This document shows, in pieces, positions 1 through 9,172 of a DNA stretch of 64,000 bases. A program made the translations under genes and the position numbers. The notes under the pieces are model-generated. The model saw only the letters and a list, made by a program, of their open reading frames with translations. It searched no databases and was not told the DNA's origin. Location: NCBI GenBank assembly GCA_965223905.1, contig CBDCXV010000001.1, forward strand, positions 576,001 through 640,000, in the 5' to 3' direction. Source of the stretch: Candidatus Latescibacterota bacterium (lineage in GTDB: Bacteria; Latescibacterota; UBA2968; UBA8231). Each line of letters begins with the position of its first letter. The first letter of the stretch is position 1.

Positions 1-945
1 TACCCCCAGCCCCGACAGCAAAGAGGCGTAGGTCGCGCTCCCTATCTCGACATAGTGGCTTTCGACACTGAGGTCGAGGTGCATCTTCGAAAGAGGCTGC
101 AAGAGGATGGTATACGCCCCCAGGCGTTCGTCGGTGAAGTGGGCCTTCAATTGCCTCGACACCTCTGAGAGGACCTCGGGGGGCACAGAGGAGGGGATTC
201 CGCTTTGAATGAGCGCAAGAAGCTGTGTTCGAATCAGCCCGGTCATTGCATTCTCGACGCCTTGGACATCGGCTCTTTCCTCGAGTTCGACGAAGATCGA
301 GGTCTCTCCAACGTTGTTGCGGTCGAGGAAGTAACCCGAACGATTCTCATAGGAGACGAGATAGTCGAAGCGCAGGCTCGAAGGCGCCGGAACATCCTCG
401 ACAACGCCGGTAACGACGTGTTCTCTTCCTCGCACAGAGATGGTTCGCCCGATGACGCCGGCGAGTCCCGCTTCATCCTCGCCGAAAAGTCGCGCCGCTG
501 CGGTTCTGCTGATCACGACTGCATCCCGGCGCTCGATCACTGTAGCCGGATCACCGTGCAAGAGCGGAAAGCTGAAAACTTCGAGAAAATCCGGGCTGAC
601 GAGACCGATCTGCTCGTCCAGCGCCGAGTCCTTCCAGCGCACCCTCGCCGTGGAGCGAATGAACGCCGCCACCCTGCTCACACCGGCCACGTTCGCGGAA
701 ACTGCGGGCGTCATGGCACCTGGAAGCAGCGTGCCGGTTTTCTTTTCGCTCCCGTCCTCGAGCAGAAGCCTGTAGATCCGTTCGCCCTTCGCGTGAAACG
801 CGTCGAAGCGCAAATCGTGATCGACGTACAGGTAGATCAGCGTGCAGCAGGCGACCCCGATGCTCAGCCCGAACAGGTTGATGAAACTGTAGCTCTTGTG
901 CCGCAGCAGCGTACGGAGTGCAACGAGCAGATAGATGCGCAGCAT
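1..945 (-). CDS. ABC transporter permease, MacB/FtsX duplicated type (N-terminal part; runs off the window)
   Basis: Not in the ORF track. Read by hand from ATG at 945 with GGAG upstream: MLRIYLLVALRTLLRHKSYSFINLFGLSIG..., the same N-terminus as the neighbouring permeases. Confidence 0.88.
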   Translation of the reverse strand, partial: MLRIYLLVALRTLLRHKSYSFINLFGLSIGVACCTLIYLYVDHDLRFDAFHAKGERIYRLLLEDGSEKKTGTLLPGAMTPAVSANVAGVSRVAAFIRSTARVRWKDSALDEQIGLVSPDFLEVFSFPLLHGDPATVIERRDAVVISRTAAARLFGEDEAGLAGVIGRTISVRGREHVVTGVVEDVPAPSSLRFDYLVSYENRSGYFLDRNNVGETSIFVELEERADVQGVENAMTGLIRTQLLALIQSGIPSSVPPEVLSEVSRQLKAHFTDERLGAYTILLQPLSKMHLDLSVESHYVEIGSATYASLLSGLGV

Positions 946-987
946 CCTGAATCTCCTTCGTCTAGGTTGCGTTACTCTCGAGCATGA

Positions 988-3456
988 CTATTCGTAGCGC
1001 AGGGCGTCGACGGGGTCGGCATTGGCGGCCTTGTAGGCCTGATGGCCGGAACTGATCAAAACGGCGACGAGCGCAATCGCAGCGCCAGCGGTAAAATGCC
1101 AAACCGCCAAGTCGATGCGGAATGCGAAGCCGTTCAGCCAGTCACGCATCCACCACCAGGACAGGGGCCACGCCACCGCGGAGCCAATCAGGGCGAGAAA
1201 TGCAAACTCGCGGGTCATCAGCCCGGTGAGGCCGAGGACGCTGGCACCGAGGGCCTTGCGGATGCCGATTTCCCTGGTGCGGCGACCGGCGGCGAGGGCG
1301 GTGAGCGCAAAGGCACCAAGGGCGGAGATGAGCACGGCGCCGGCGGCGGCCCAGGTGATGAGGCGGCGCCAGCGCAGCTCGTCGCGGTAGGTCGCCTCCA
1401 AGTCCTGCTGCAGGAAGGAGAAGTGAAAATCCGCGTGGTCGACGATCCGGGTCCACGTCTCCTCCATGTAGCTGACGACCTCCTGCAGGTCCCCCGGCTT
1501 CACGCGCACGAGCATAAGGTCGGCTTCGTACCAGTCCGGCCCCAGGGTAGGGTTGAGCAGCAGCAGGCCCGGCGGGCCATGCTCGTAACCCGACTCGAAG
1601 GTGAAGTCCTTGACGACGCCGATGATCCGGAACTGGCCCCGGGACAGGCGTTCCCGGGCGCGCACCAGCTCGATCGTCTCTCCCAAGGGGTCGGCGAGTC
1701 CCAGACGCGCCGCGGCGCTTTCGGAGATCAGGGCGAGATGTGACTTGTCTCCCTGGTCCACCGAGAAGTCGCGGCCGCCTAACAGCTCCAGGTCCATGGT
1801 CTGCACGAAATGGTGGTCCACCACGTAGTGGCGGACCTTCGTCTCGCGGCCGCTCCCGGCCACGGCCAGGTGGTCGGTCCGGTGCGGCTCCTGCAGGAAG
1901 TCATCCTCCACCAGGGTCACCGAGGCGACCCGATGGTGCTGCAGAAAAGCCTCCACGAGGGCGGGATGGTCGGGGTACATGTCGTGGAGGGCATCCGCGT
2001 GCACGGCGATGACCCGCTCCTGGTCCATCCCCACGTCGCGGGCCATGACGTGCTCGAGCTGGTGGTACATGACCACGGTGCAGGTGATCAGGCCCGCGGA
2101 GATGGCCAGCTGCGCACAGACGAGCACGCGGCTGAACCGCGCCGTTCCGGCCATGGAGACGCTTCGCCGGATCGCGCTCAGGGGCGCCAGCCGGGAAAGG
2201 ACGAGGGCCGGATACCAGCCGGCCCCCAGGCTGACGAGCAGCAGCAGCGCCCCCAGCGCGGCGAGCATGCCCGGCTCGGACAGACCGAGGGTAAGCTCCT
2301 GGGAGAAGGTGGCGTTGAAGGCGGGCAGCAACAGCGACGCCAGCACGCACCCGGCCCACAGCCCGAGGACGGCGAGCACCGAGGACTCGCCGATGAACTG
2401 GCGGATCAACTGGTCCCGTCCGGCGCCCACCGCCTTGCGCACGCCCACCTCGGGGGCCCGCTGAGAGGCGCGGCCGATGGCGAGGTTGACGAAGTTGATG
2501 CACCCCATCAGCAGGACCGCCAGGGCGATGCCGCCGAGCACGTAGGAGACGTACGGGTCCCTCGGTTCCACGACGCCGTGCCCGACCCATCGAAGCAGGC
2601 CCGTGTCCGAGCGCAGGTCGGTGAGGGGCTGCAGACGGAAGAGGGAGAAGTCCTCGGGCATCTCGCCTTCTCCGGAGGTGAGCAGGTTCCGCGTCATCTG
2701 CGCGAGGGCGGGCGCCACGTCGGCCGGTTCGGCGCCGGCCGCGAGCAGGACGTAGGCATTGCAGGAGCCTTCCCACGCGTCCGGGGAGTCGTGGTAGAGA
2801 AGGTCCGTGTTGGCGAAGGGCAGCAGCATGTTGAAGCGGATCGACGAGGTCCGCGGGACCGGCGCGGCCACCCCGGTGACGATGAAGTCCTCCACATCGG
2901 CATCGGCGGTGGCCATCGAGGCGATCGTCAGGCTCTGCCCCAGCGGATCGGCGTCACCGAAGAGGCGTTGAGCCATCTCGTGTCCCAGGACGACGGAGTT
3001 GCGCTCGGCCAGGGCCGTGGAGGCGTTCCCCCGCAGCAGCGGGAAGTCGAAGACCTCGAAGAACGAGGGATCGACGAGGAGGAATTCCTCGTCCCGGGAG
3101 CTGCCCGCGAAGGTCGTGCGCACCACGCGGTCGTCCCTGTCGCTCCCTCTGCCCGCGCTGAGACGCACCGTGCGCTCCACGTGTGGGGAGAGGGCTTCCA
3201 GTTCGGGCGCGAAAGCAAATTCAATCGCGTCGGCTATGCGCGGCACTCCCTCCTCCGGATTCATTGACTCGACATAAACGCGAGAGATCCGGTCCGCTTT
3301 GCTGTGGAAGCGATCGTACGACCACTCCTGAGAGGCAAAGCGCCAGGCGAGCAAGCAGAAAGCCATGCCCAGGCCCAGCCCGGCGAGGTTGACGGCGGTA
3401 TGCAGTCGATGGCGCATCAGGGTGCGCACGGCGATAATCAGATTGTTGCGCAGCAT
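988..3456 (-). CDS. ABC transporter permease, MacB_PCD + FtsX duplicated (822 aa)
   Basis: CINFVNL..R..EVGVRKAVGA and REIGIRKALGA motifs; ends ADPVDALRYE. Confidence 0.93.
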   Translation of the reverse strand: MLRNNLIIAVRTLMRHRLHTAVNLAGLGLGMAFCLLAWRFASQEWSYDRFHSKADRISRVYVESMNPEEGVPRIADAIEFAFAPELEALSPHVERTVRLSAGRGSDRDDRVVRTTFAGSSRDEEFLLVDPSFFEVFDFPLLRGNASTALAERNSVVLGHEMAQRLFGDADPLGQSLTIASMATADADVEDFIVTGVAAPVPRTSSIRFNMLLPFANTDLLYHDSPDAWEGSCNAYVLLAAGAEPADVAPALAQMTRNLLTSGEGEMPEDFSLFRLQPLTDLRSDTGLLRWVGHGVVEPRDPYVSYVLGGIALAVLLMGCINFVNLAIGRASQRAPEVGVRKAVGAGRDQLIRQFIGESSVLAVLGLWAGCVLASLLLPAFNATFSQELTLGLSEPGMLAALGALLLLVSLGAGWYPALVLSRLAPLSAIRRSVSMAGTARFSRVLVCAQLAISAGLITCTVVMYHQLEHVMARDVGMDQERVIAVHADALHDMYPDHPALVEAFLQHHRVASVTLVEDDFLQEPHRTDHLAVAGSGRETKVRHYVVDHHFVQTMDLELLGGRDFSVDQGDKSHLALISESAAARLGLADPLGETIELVRARERLSRGQFRIIGVVKDFTFESGYEHGPPGLLLLNPTLGPDWYEADLMLVRVKPGDLQEVVSYMEETWTRIVDHADFHFSFLQQDLEATYRDELRWRRLITWAAAGAVLISALGAFALTALAAGRRTREIGIRKALGASVLGLTGLMTREFAFLALIGSAVAWPLSWWWMRDWLNGFAFRIDLAVWHFTAGAAIALVAVLISSGHQAYKAANADPVDALRYE

Positions 3457-3458
3457 GA

Positions 3459-4133
3459 TTAATACCTTCGCTCTCGCTCTATCTTGCCGTCCAACAGATG
3501 CACCACCCGGCTGCCGTAGCCGGCGTTCTTCTCCGAGTGGGTCACCTGCACGATCGTGGTGCCCTCGTCTTTCAGCTCCCGCAGCATGGCCATCACCTCC
3601 TCCCCCTGCCGGGAGTTGAGGTTGCCCGTGGGTTCGTCGGCCAGGATCAGGCTGGGCTGGCCGATCAGGGCGCGGGCGACGCCGACGCGCTGCTGCTCGC
3701 CGCCGGAGAGCTGGTGCGGGAACAGGTCCTTCTTGGCCACCATCTGGAAGCGGTCGAGCAGCTCGCTCACCCGCGCCTTGCGCTCGGACCTCTTCACCTG
3801 CTGGTAGAGCAGGGGCATCTCCAGGTTTTCGTACACCGTCTGCTCGTCGATCAGGTGATAGGCCTGGAAGACGAAGCCGACGTGCCGGCGGTGCACCTCG
3901 GTGCGCTCCTTCTCCCCCATGCCGCTCACCTCCTGGCCGAGGAAGCGGTAGGTGCCGGCCGTCGGCTCGTCGAGCATGCCCATGATGTGGAGCAGCGTCG
4001 ACTTGCCGGCGCCGCTCGGCCCCATGATGGAGACGAACTCGCCCTTCTCCACCTTCAGGTGCACGTGGCGCAGGACGTAGGTCTTGAGGGAACCCGTCTG
4101 GTGGTACTTCTCGATGTCGTGCATCTCGATCAT
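3459..4133 (-). CDS. ABC transporter ATP-binding protein, LolD/MacB family
   Basis: Walker [10 protein letters not shown], signature [19 protein letters not shown]. Confidence 0.95.
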   Translation of the reverse strand: MIEMHDIEKYHQTGSLKTYVLRHVHLKVEKGEFVSIMGPSGAGKSTLLHIMGMLDEPTAGTYRFLGQEVSGMGEKERTEVHRRHVGFVFQAYHLIDEQTVYENLEMPLLYQQVKRSERKARVSELLDRFQMVAKKDLFPHQLSGGEQQRVGVARALIGQPSLILADEPTGNLNSRQGEEVMAMLRELKDEGTTIVQVTHSEKNAGYGSRVVHLLDGKIERERRY

Positions 4134-4152
4134 GGCGGTCTCCTCTTGGCGG

Positions 4153-6582
4153 TTACTGCGTGTGCAGGGTTCTTGCGGGGTTGGTCAGGGCAGCTCGCAT
4201 GGCCTGGCCGCCAACCGTCAGCCCGGCGATGACGAAAGACAGAGCGCCCGACACCATGAACAGGGCGACGCCGATTTCCACGCGATAGGCATAGTCCTGC
4301 AGCCAGTGGTCGGCCAACCCGTAAGCGATTGGCACGCTGAGGAGGAAGGCGATGGCCACGGGTTTGGCGAAGTCGCCCAGCAGCATGGCGGTGATGCGGC
4401 CGGGGGAGGCACCGAACACCTTGCGGATGCCGATTTCCTTGGTGCGTGCTTGAGCAGCGTGGGCCGCCAGACCGAAGAGCCCTACCAAGGCGACGGCGAG
4501 GGCCGAAAAGAGAAGGAGGGTGAGTGTGCGTCCCACCTTCTGTTCCTCGGAGTGGAGTTTGGCGACGACCTCTTCCAGGGAATGGCGCTGGATGGGGCGG
4601 TAGGGAGCGGCGGCGGCCCACTTGTCGTCTATCACTTCGAGGGCTTCTTCGAGGTGGCCGGATTGCACTCGCACGATAATGACACTCACCCGTTTGTCGA
4701 TCTGTGCTATAATCAGTGGCTCAACTCTCTTTCGCGGACCGTGAAAATGGAAATCCTCGATCACCCCCACGATGCGCTTCTCCAGGCCGTGGCCATGGCC
4801 ATCGGGGCCGGGAAGGAAGCCGCCGGGAAGGAAGCCGCCGGGGATTGTCTTTCCCAGGGGTTCTTCCAATTCCAGCCAGCGCACGGCGGTCTCATTTATC
4901 ACGACCGCTTTGGCGTCGGCCGGCGCATCGGTCAGGGGGCGTCCCTGGACCATGCGCAATCCCATGATTTCAACGAAGTCGCCATCTGCTTCATACTCGC
5001 TTGTCGACATTTCCCCCTCCTCTCTGCTGTAGGTGGTGTACCTCCGTCCCGAACCCTGACCAGGTACTGTCGTGGAGAGACTCACCGCGACGATACGGCT
5101 GTCTTGAAGCAACTCAGCTTTGAGAGTTCGAGCTTGGTCTGCGGTAAGGCCGCCGTTCCGGGGGTTGTAGACGATGACAACCTGTTCCGGCTCCAACCCC
5201 AGGACGGAGTTCTCGCGGAGCAGGTTCTGGATGAAACTGATTTGGTGCCATATCAGCAGGGTCATCGTCATCAACGTCGCAGTAACGGTGAACTGCGCCA
5301 CCACCAGACCCCGGCGCAGGCGCGCCCCGCCGATGCGCCCCCCGCGCTCCAGGACCGCCGGCTGAAAGCATGCCACGACCCATGCCGGGTAGGCGCCCGC
5401 CGCCAGTCCGACCGCTACCGCCAGCGCCGCAGTCCCGGCGCAGGTCGAAATCGTCCAGCGGGGTGACCATTCAAAGTCGATTCCTCCAATCGCCGGCAGG
5501 AACAGAATCACGATTTCTGCCATGGCAACGCCAAGCAACGTGGCCCCGACGCTCAGCAGTACCGACTCGCTCAGGAATTGGCGAATAAGCTGGCCGCGAT
5601 GGGCGCCGAGGGCCTTGCGCACGCCTATTTCGTGCATCCGTCCCTGGGCACGCGCTGTCGCCAGGTTCACGTAGTTGAACCCGGCGATCGTCAGGAGCAC
5701 CATTGCCAAGGTGGCGAACAAAGCGAGGTGCATTGGGTTGCCACGCGGGCCGATGCCGCTGGGAGACTCCGTGTCGAAATAGATCGATTTCAAAGGCTGC
5801 AGCGAGTAGGAATCGGTAGCTTCGGGCAACCCCCTGGCTTCCTGAACGATATCTGAAATCCGCTCGGCTACCGTAGCGGCATCTGCATTGAGATTCAGCT
5901 GCACGAAGGTCTCGTAGGCATAAGTCTTCCAGCCCAAATCCTCTTCCCTTTGCGTGTGGTGCACAGTGGCCAAGGAGAGCAGGGCCGAGAACTGCAGCAA
6001 TGAGTTGGAGGGCAGTTGGCCGACGACGCCGGTAACCGTGCAATCGATGGCTTCGTTGTAGCGGACGATCTGGCCCATGGGATCGTCCTCTCCAAAGAGC
6101 CGCCGGGCCAGAGGTTCGGTCAGCACCATGGTGTAGGGGCGCGACAAAGCGGTCTTGGGGTCGCCACGCAGGAGAGACAAGCTGAACATTTCGAAAACAC
6201 TGGATTCCGCCCAACGAACCCCGCTCACACGAATCCCATTCTTGTCTCCGACTCTGAGAAGACGCGGCGCCTCCCCGGCGATTCGGACTGTTTCCTCGAC
6301 TTCGGGCATTCGCTCCTTCAGGGTCGGCCCAAGAGGTAGCGGCAGAGTTGCCCAGCGCAATCCCCAATCAGCCGGCAAATGGCGCGGGTCCTTTTTCTCG
6401 ATGACGCGGAAAACCCTGTTCTCTTCCTCGTGGAAGTCGCCCACGGAGAGCTGGTAGGCGGCCAACTGGATGACCAGCAGGCAGAGGGCCAAGCCTAGGG
6501 CCAGCCCGAAGAGGTTGATTGCCGCGTAGCCGCGCTCTCTCCACAGGTGGCGGAGGGCCGTGGTCAGGTAGTTGCCCAGCAT
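4153..6582 (-). CDS. ABC transporter permease, MacB_PCD + FtsX duplicated (809 aa)
   Basis: FNYVNLATA..EIGVRKALGA and KEIGIRKVFGA motifs. Confidence 0.93.
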   Translation of the reverse strand: MLGNYLTTALRHLWRERGYAAINLFGLALGLALCLLVIQLAAYQLSVGDFHEEENRVFRVIEKKDPRHLPADWGLRWATLPLPLGPTLKERMPEVEETVRIAGEAPRLLRVGDKNGIRVSGVRWAESSVFEMFSLSLLRGDPKTALSRPYTMVLTEPLARRLFGEDDPMGQIVRYNEAIDCTVTGVVGQLPSNSLLQFSALLSLATVHHTQREEDLGWKTYAYETFVQLNLNADAATVAERISDIVQEARGLPEATDSYSLQPLKSIYFDTESPSGIGPRGNPMHLALFATLAMVLLTIAGFNYVNLATARAQGRMHEIGVRKALGAHRGQLIRQFLSESVLLSVGATLLGVAMAEIVILFLPAIGGIDFEWSPRWTISTCAGTAALAVAVGLAAGAYPAWVVACFQPAVLERGGRIGGARLRRGLVVAQFTVTATLMTMTLLIWHQISFIQNLLRENSVLGLEPEQVVIVYNPRNGGLTADQARTLKAELLQDSRIVAVSLSTTVPGQGSGRRYTTYSREEGEMSTSEYEADGDFVEIMGLRMVQGRPLTDAPADAKAVVINETAVRWLELEEPLGKTIPGGFLPGGFLPGPDGHGHGLEKRIVGVIEDFHFHGPRKRVEPLIIAQIDKRVSVIIVRVQSGHLEEALEVIDDKWAAAAPYRPIQRHSLEEVVAKLHSEEQKVGRTLTLLLFSALAVALVGLFGLAAHAAQARTKEIGIRKVFGASPGRITAMLLGDFAKPVAIAFLLSVPIAYGLADHWLQDYAYRVEIGVALFMVSGALSFVIAGLTVGGQAMRAALTNPARTLHTQ

Positions 6583-6718
6583 GAGGGCTCCTTTCGTCGG
6601 GGTCCGTGCATCCTGCGTCGGCGCCTGGGCTTTGCACGGCGGTTCCCTTCCGGAACGCGGCCCGTTCCGGGTTTACGTTCCAGCACCTTCGAGATATTCC
6701 AGGCCACGACCCTGCCCG

Positions 6719-9100
6719 CTACTCGTATCTCAGGGCGTCGGCCGGGTTGGTCCGCGCCGCCAGCCAGGTCTGTCCGCTGACCGTGGCCAGGGCGACGGCG
6801 AGGACGCCGGCGCCGGCCAGCGCGAACCATTCCGGGCTCTGGTCGATGCGGTAGGCGTAGAAGGCGAGCCAGCGGTCGAGGACGAAGAAGGCAACGGGCA
6901 AGGCGATGGCGTTGGCGGCCACCACGAGCCATCCGAACTCGCGCGACATCAGCAGCAGGACGCTGCCGGTGGTAGCCCCGAGGACCTTGCGGATGCCGAT
7001 TTCCCGGGTGCGCCGGGCGGCGGCGAGGGCGGCGAGTCCGACGAGTCCCATGCAGGAGATGACCAGGGCGATGGCGCTCGTCCACCTCATGACGGTGCCG
7101 ACGCGCTGTTCTTCCCTGTAACGCCTTGCAAAGGATTCGTCGAGGAAGGTCACGCTGTGTAATTCGAATTCCGGAAGAACACGCTTCCATAACGTCTTCA
7201 CCTCTTCGACCGCCGCGGGCAGGTCGCGGTGGTCGAGTCGGAACAGGGTGTGACCGAACCAATCTCCCAATTTGGGCATAAGCGTCGTTAGAAAAGCCGG
7301 CCCTATGGCATGGCGCATATCCACGAAGTGGAAATCCTCGACTATTCCGATAACCGTCATCGGCTCGCCATCATTCTGGGGAGATGTCAAGGTGCGACCG
7401 ATCAGGTCTTCAGAGCCGAAGAAGCGCGCGGCGGTCTCGTTTAGCAGGACACCGTGCGGCAGATTGGGATCGAAGCCTTGCCCAGAAAGGACCTTGATAC
7501 CCATGACGCTCAGGAAGTTTGGACTCACATAGAAGGGCTTGGCGTGGAGCTCGTTTTCATCGGATTGGATTGGTCTGGGGCCCGGACCGCCAAAGCCGGG
7601 TGCTGCATAGGCACCGGTGACTCCCTGTACAAGTCCCGGTCGGGAATTGATCTCGTTGGCGAGGCGCTCAATCTGCAAAGCATTGAGACCGCCTCTAGCT
7701 AGCACGACCCGGTCGCCGTCGAAGCCCAAATCCTTGGTTTGCATGAAGTCGAGCTGCCGCTCCATGGTGATCGTCACGACGACGAGGACGGCCGACAAAG
7801 CGAACTGCACGACAATCAGACCGCGACCGAGCAGACCGCGACCGGCCTGAGGCGTCTTCCGGGCCAGTGCCCAAACGGGATGGAGCCGCGCAACGACCTG
7901 GGCCGGATACAAGCCCGAGAGTACGCCGACCACCGTGGCAAGGATTAAGGCACCTATCCCCGTCTCGACTGAAAACCACTCGATCTCCAGCTGCTGATGC
8001 ACGACCGCGTTAAACGTCGGAAGCACGGCTTCGGCAAGGCCCATACCAGCGACGATGGCGATCAGGCTTACCACGATTGCTTCGGCGAGAAACTGGTTGG
8101 AAAGCTGGTGGCGCGTCGCGCCGATCGCTTTGCGCACCCCGACTTCCAAGGTTCGCGTCATGGCGCGGCTCATAGCGAGGTTGACGAAATTGATGGCAGC
8201 GATCAGCAGCACGACCGCGGCCAGCCCCGCCAGCAGATAGACATGCTCGACCGTGCCAACACCAAGGCTGGCGGGTCCCGTTATACCAGGTCCCGAGTGA
8301 GCGCCCGCAAAAGGTTGCAACTTCAATCGGTCCCGCACGATCAGGGGCTCCAGCCGCGTTTCCACTTCGGCAGACTCTACCCCCTCTTCGAGTTCAACAA
8401 AAAGCCCGGACACGCCCATGAATTTCAAAGCCTTGGCCGTTCCTGCGGGCACGAGTACGTCCAGCCACAGAATGGTAGGCCCCGGCAGGGGAGCCAGCAC
8501 CCCCGTGACGGTACGTTCCACCTCGATGGGCGTCTCCTTCGGTGGCGACATCGAGTAGTCCCACTCGACGGTGTGCAGCCGGATGCGCTCGCCCACCATG
8601 GCGTGGGCTGGCACCTCGGGGCCGAAGTACTTCCGCGCGGTCTCGTGGGCGAGCACAACGCTCTGCGGATCGTCGAGGGCGGTCGCCGCATCGCCCGCAG
8701 CCAGCGGCAAGGTGAACATGGTGAGAAAGGCCGGATCGACAGCGAGGAAGGACTCACCAAAGTTTGCATCGCCATACGAGACTTGCCCGTATCCCGTCTT
8801 CATGGAAACCGATTCGCGGATGCCGGTGACTTTAGTGCGCACGTCCTCGCGCAGACTGTAACCTGTCATCGTGGAACGGTTGAAGTCGGAACCGGGTTTT
8901 GGCTCTATCAGTTCACGATAGATGACGAATATTCGGTCCCTTTTTTCGTGCCAAGTGTCGAAGGATGTCTCATGGCGCACGAACAGCAGAGACAGGACCG
9001 CCACGGCAAAGGCCGCGGACAGGCCGACGATGTTGATCAGCGAGATCGTCCTGTTGCGTCCCAGCACGCGCAGGGCAATGATCAGGTTGCTCTTCCACAT
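6719..9100 (-). CDS. ABC transporter permease, MacB_PCD + FtsX duplicated (793 aa)
   Basis: INFVNL..EVGVRKAIGA and REIGIRKVLGA motifs; ends NPADALRYE. Confidence 0.93.
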   Translation of the reverse strand: MWKSNLIIALRVLGRNRTISLINIVGLSAAFAVAVLSLLFVRHETSFDTWHEKRDRIFVIYRELIEPKPGSDFNRSTMTGYSLREDVRTKVTGIRESVSMKTGYGQVSYGDANFGESFLAVDPAFLTMFTLPLAAGDAATALDDPQSVVLAHETARKYFGPEVPAHAMVGERIRLHTVEWDYSMSPPKETPIEVERTVTGVLAPLPGPTILWLDVLVPAGTAKALKFMGVSGLFVELEEGVESAEVETRLEPLIVRDRLKLQPFAGAHSGPGITGPASLGVGTVEHVYLLAGLAAVVLLIAAINFVNLAMSRAMTRTLEVGVRKAIGATRHQLSNQFLAEAIVVSLIAIVAGMGLAEAVLPTFNAVVHQQLEIEWFSVETGIGALILATVVGVLSGLYPAQVVARLHPVWALARKTPQAGRGLLGRGLIVVQFALSAVLVVVTITMERQLDFMQTKDLGFDGDRVVLARGGLNALQIERLANEINSRPGLVQGVTGAYAAPGFGGPGPRPIQSDENELHAKPFYVSPNFLSVMGIKVLSGQGFDPNLPHGVLLNETAARFFGSEDLIGRTLTSPQNDGEPMTVIGIVEDFHFVDMRHAIGPAFLTTLMPKLGDWFGHTLFRLDHRDLPAAVEEVKTLWKRVLPEFELHSVTFLDESFARRYREEQRVGTVMRWTSAIALVISCMGLVGLAALAAARRTREIGIRKVLGATTGSVLLLMSREFGWLVVAANAIALPVAFFVLDRWLAFYAYRIDQSPEWFALAGAGVLAVALATVSGQTWLAARTNPADALRYE

Positions 9101-9172
9101 AGTCCCGTTCCTTGAGTTCCCAGGGTCGCCGGCTTCAGCGCTCCCTGGCTATGTTCGCGGTCATCCTTCTCT

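Noticed and set aside
205-987. 260-aa plus-strand ORF, and the many other long antisense ORFs in the track
   Set aside because: Shadows of high-GC genes on the opposite strand; the real gene here is the minus-strand permease starting at 945.
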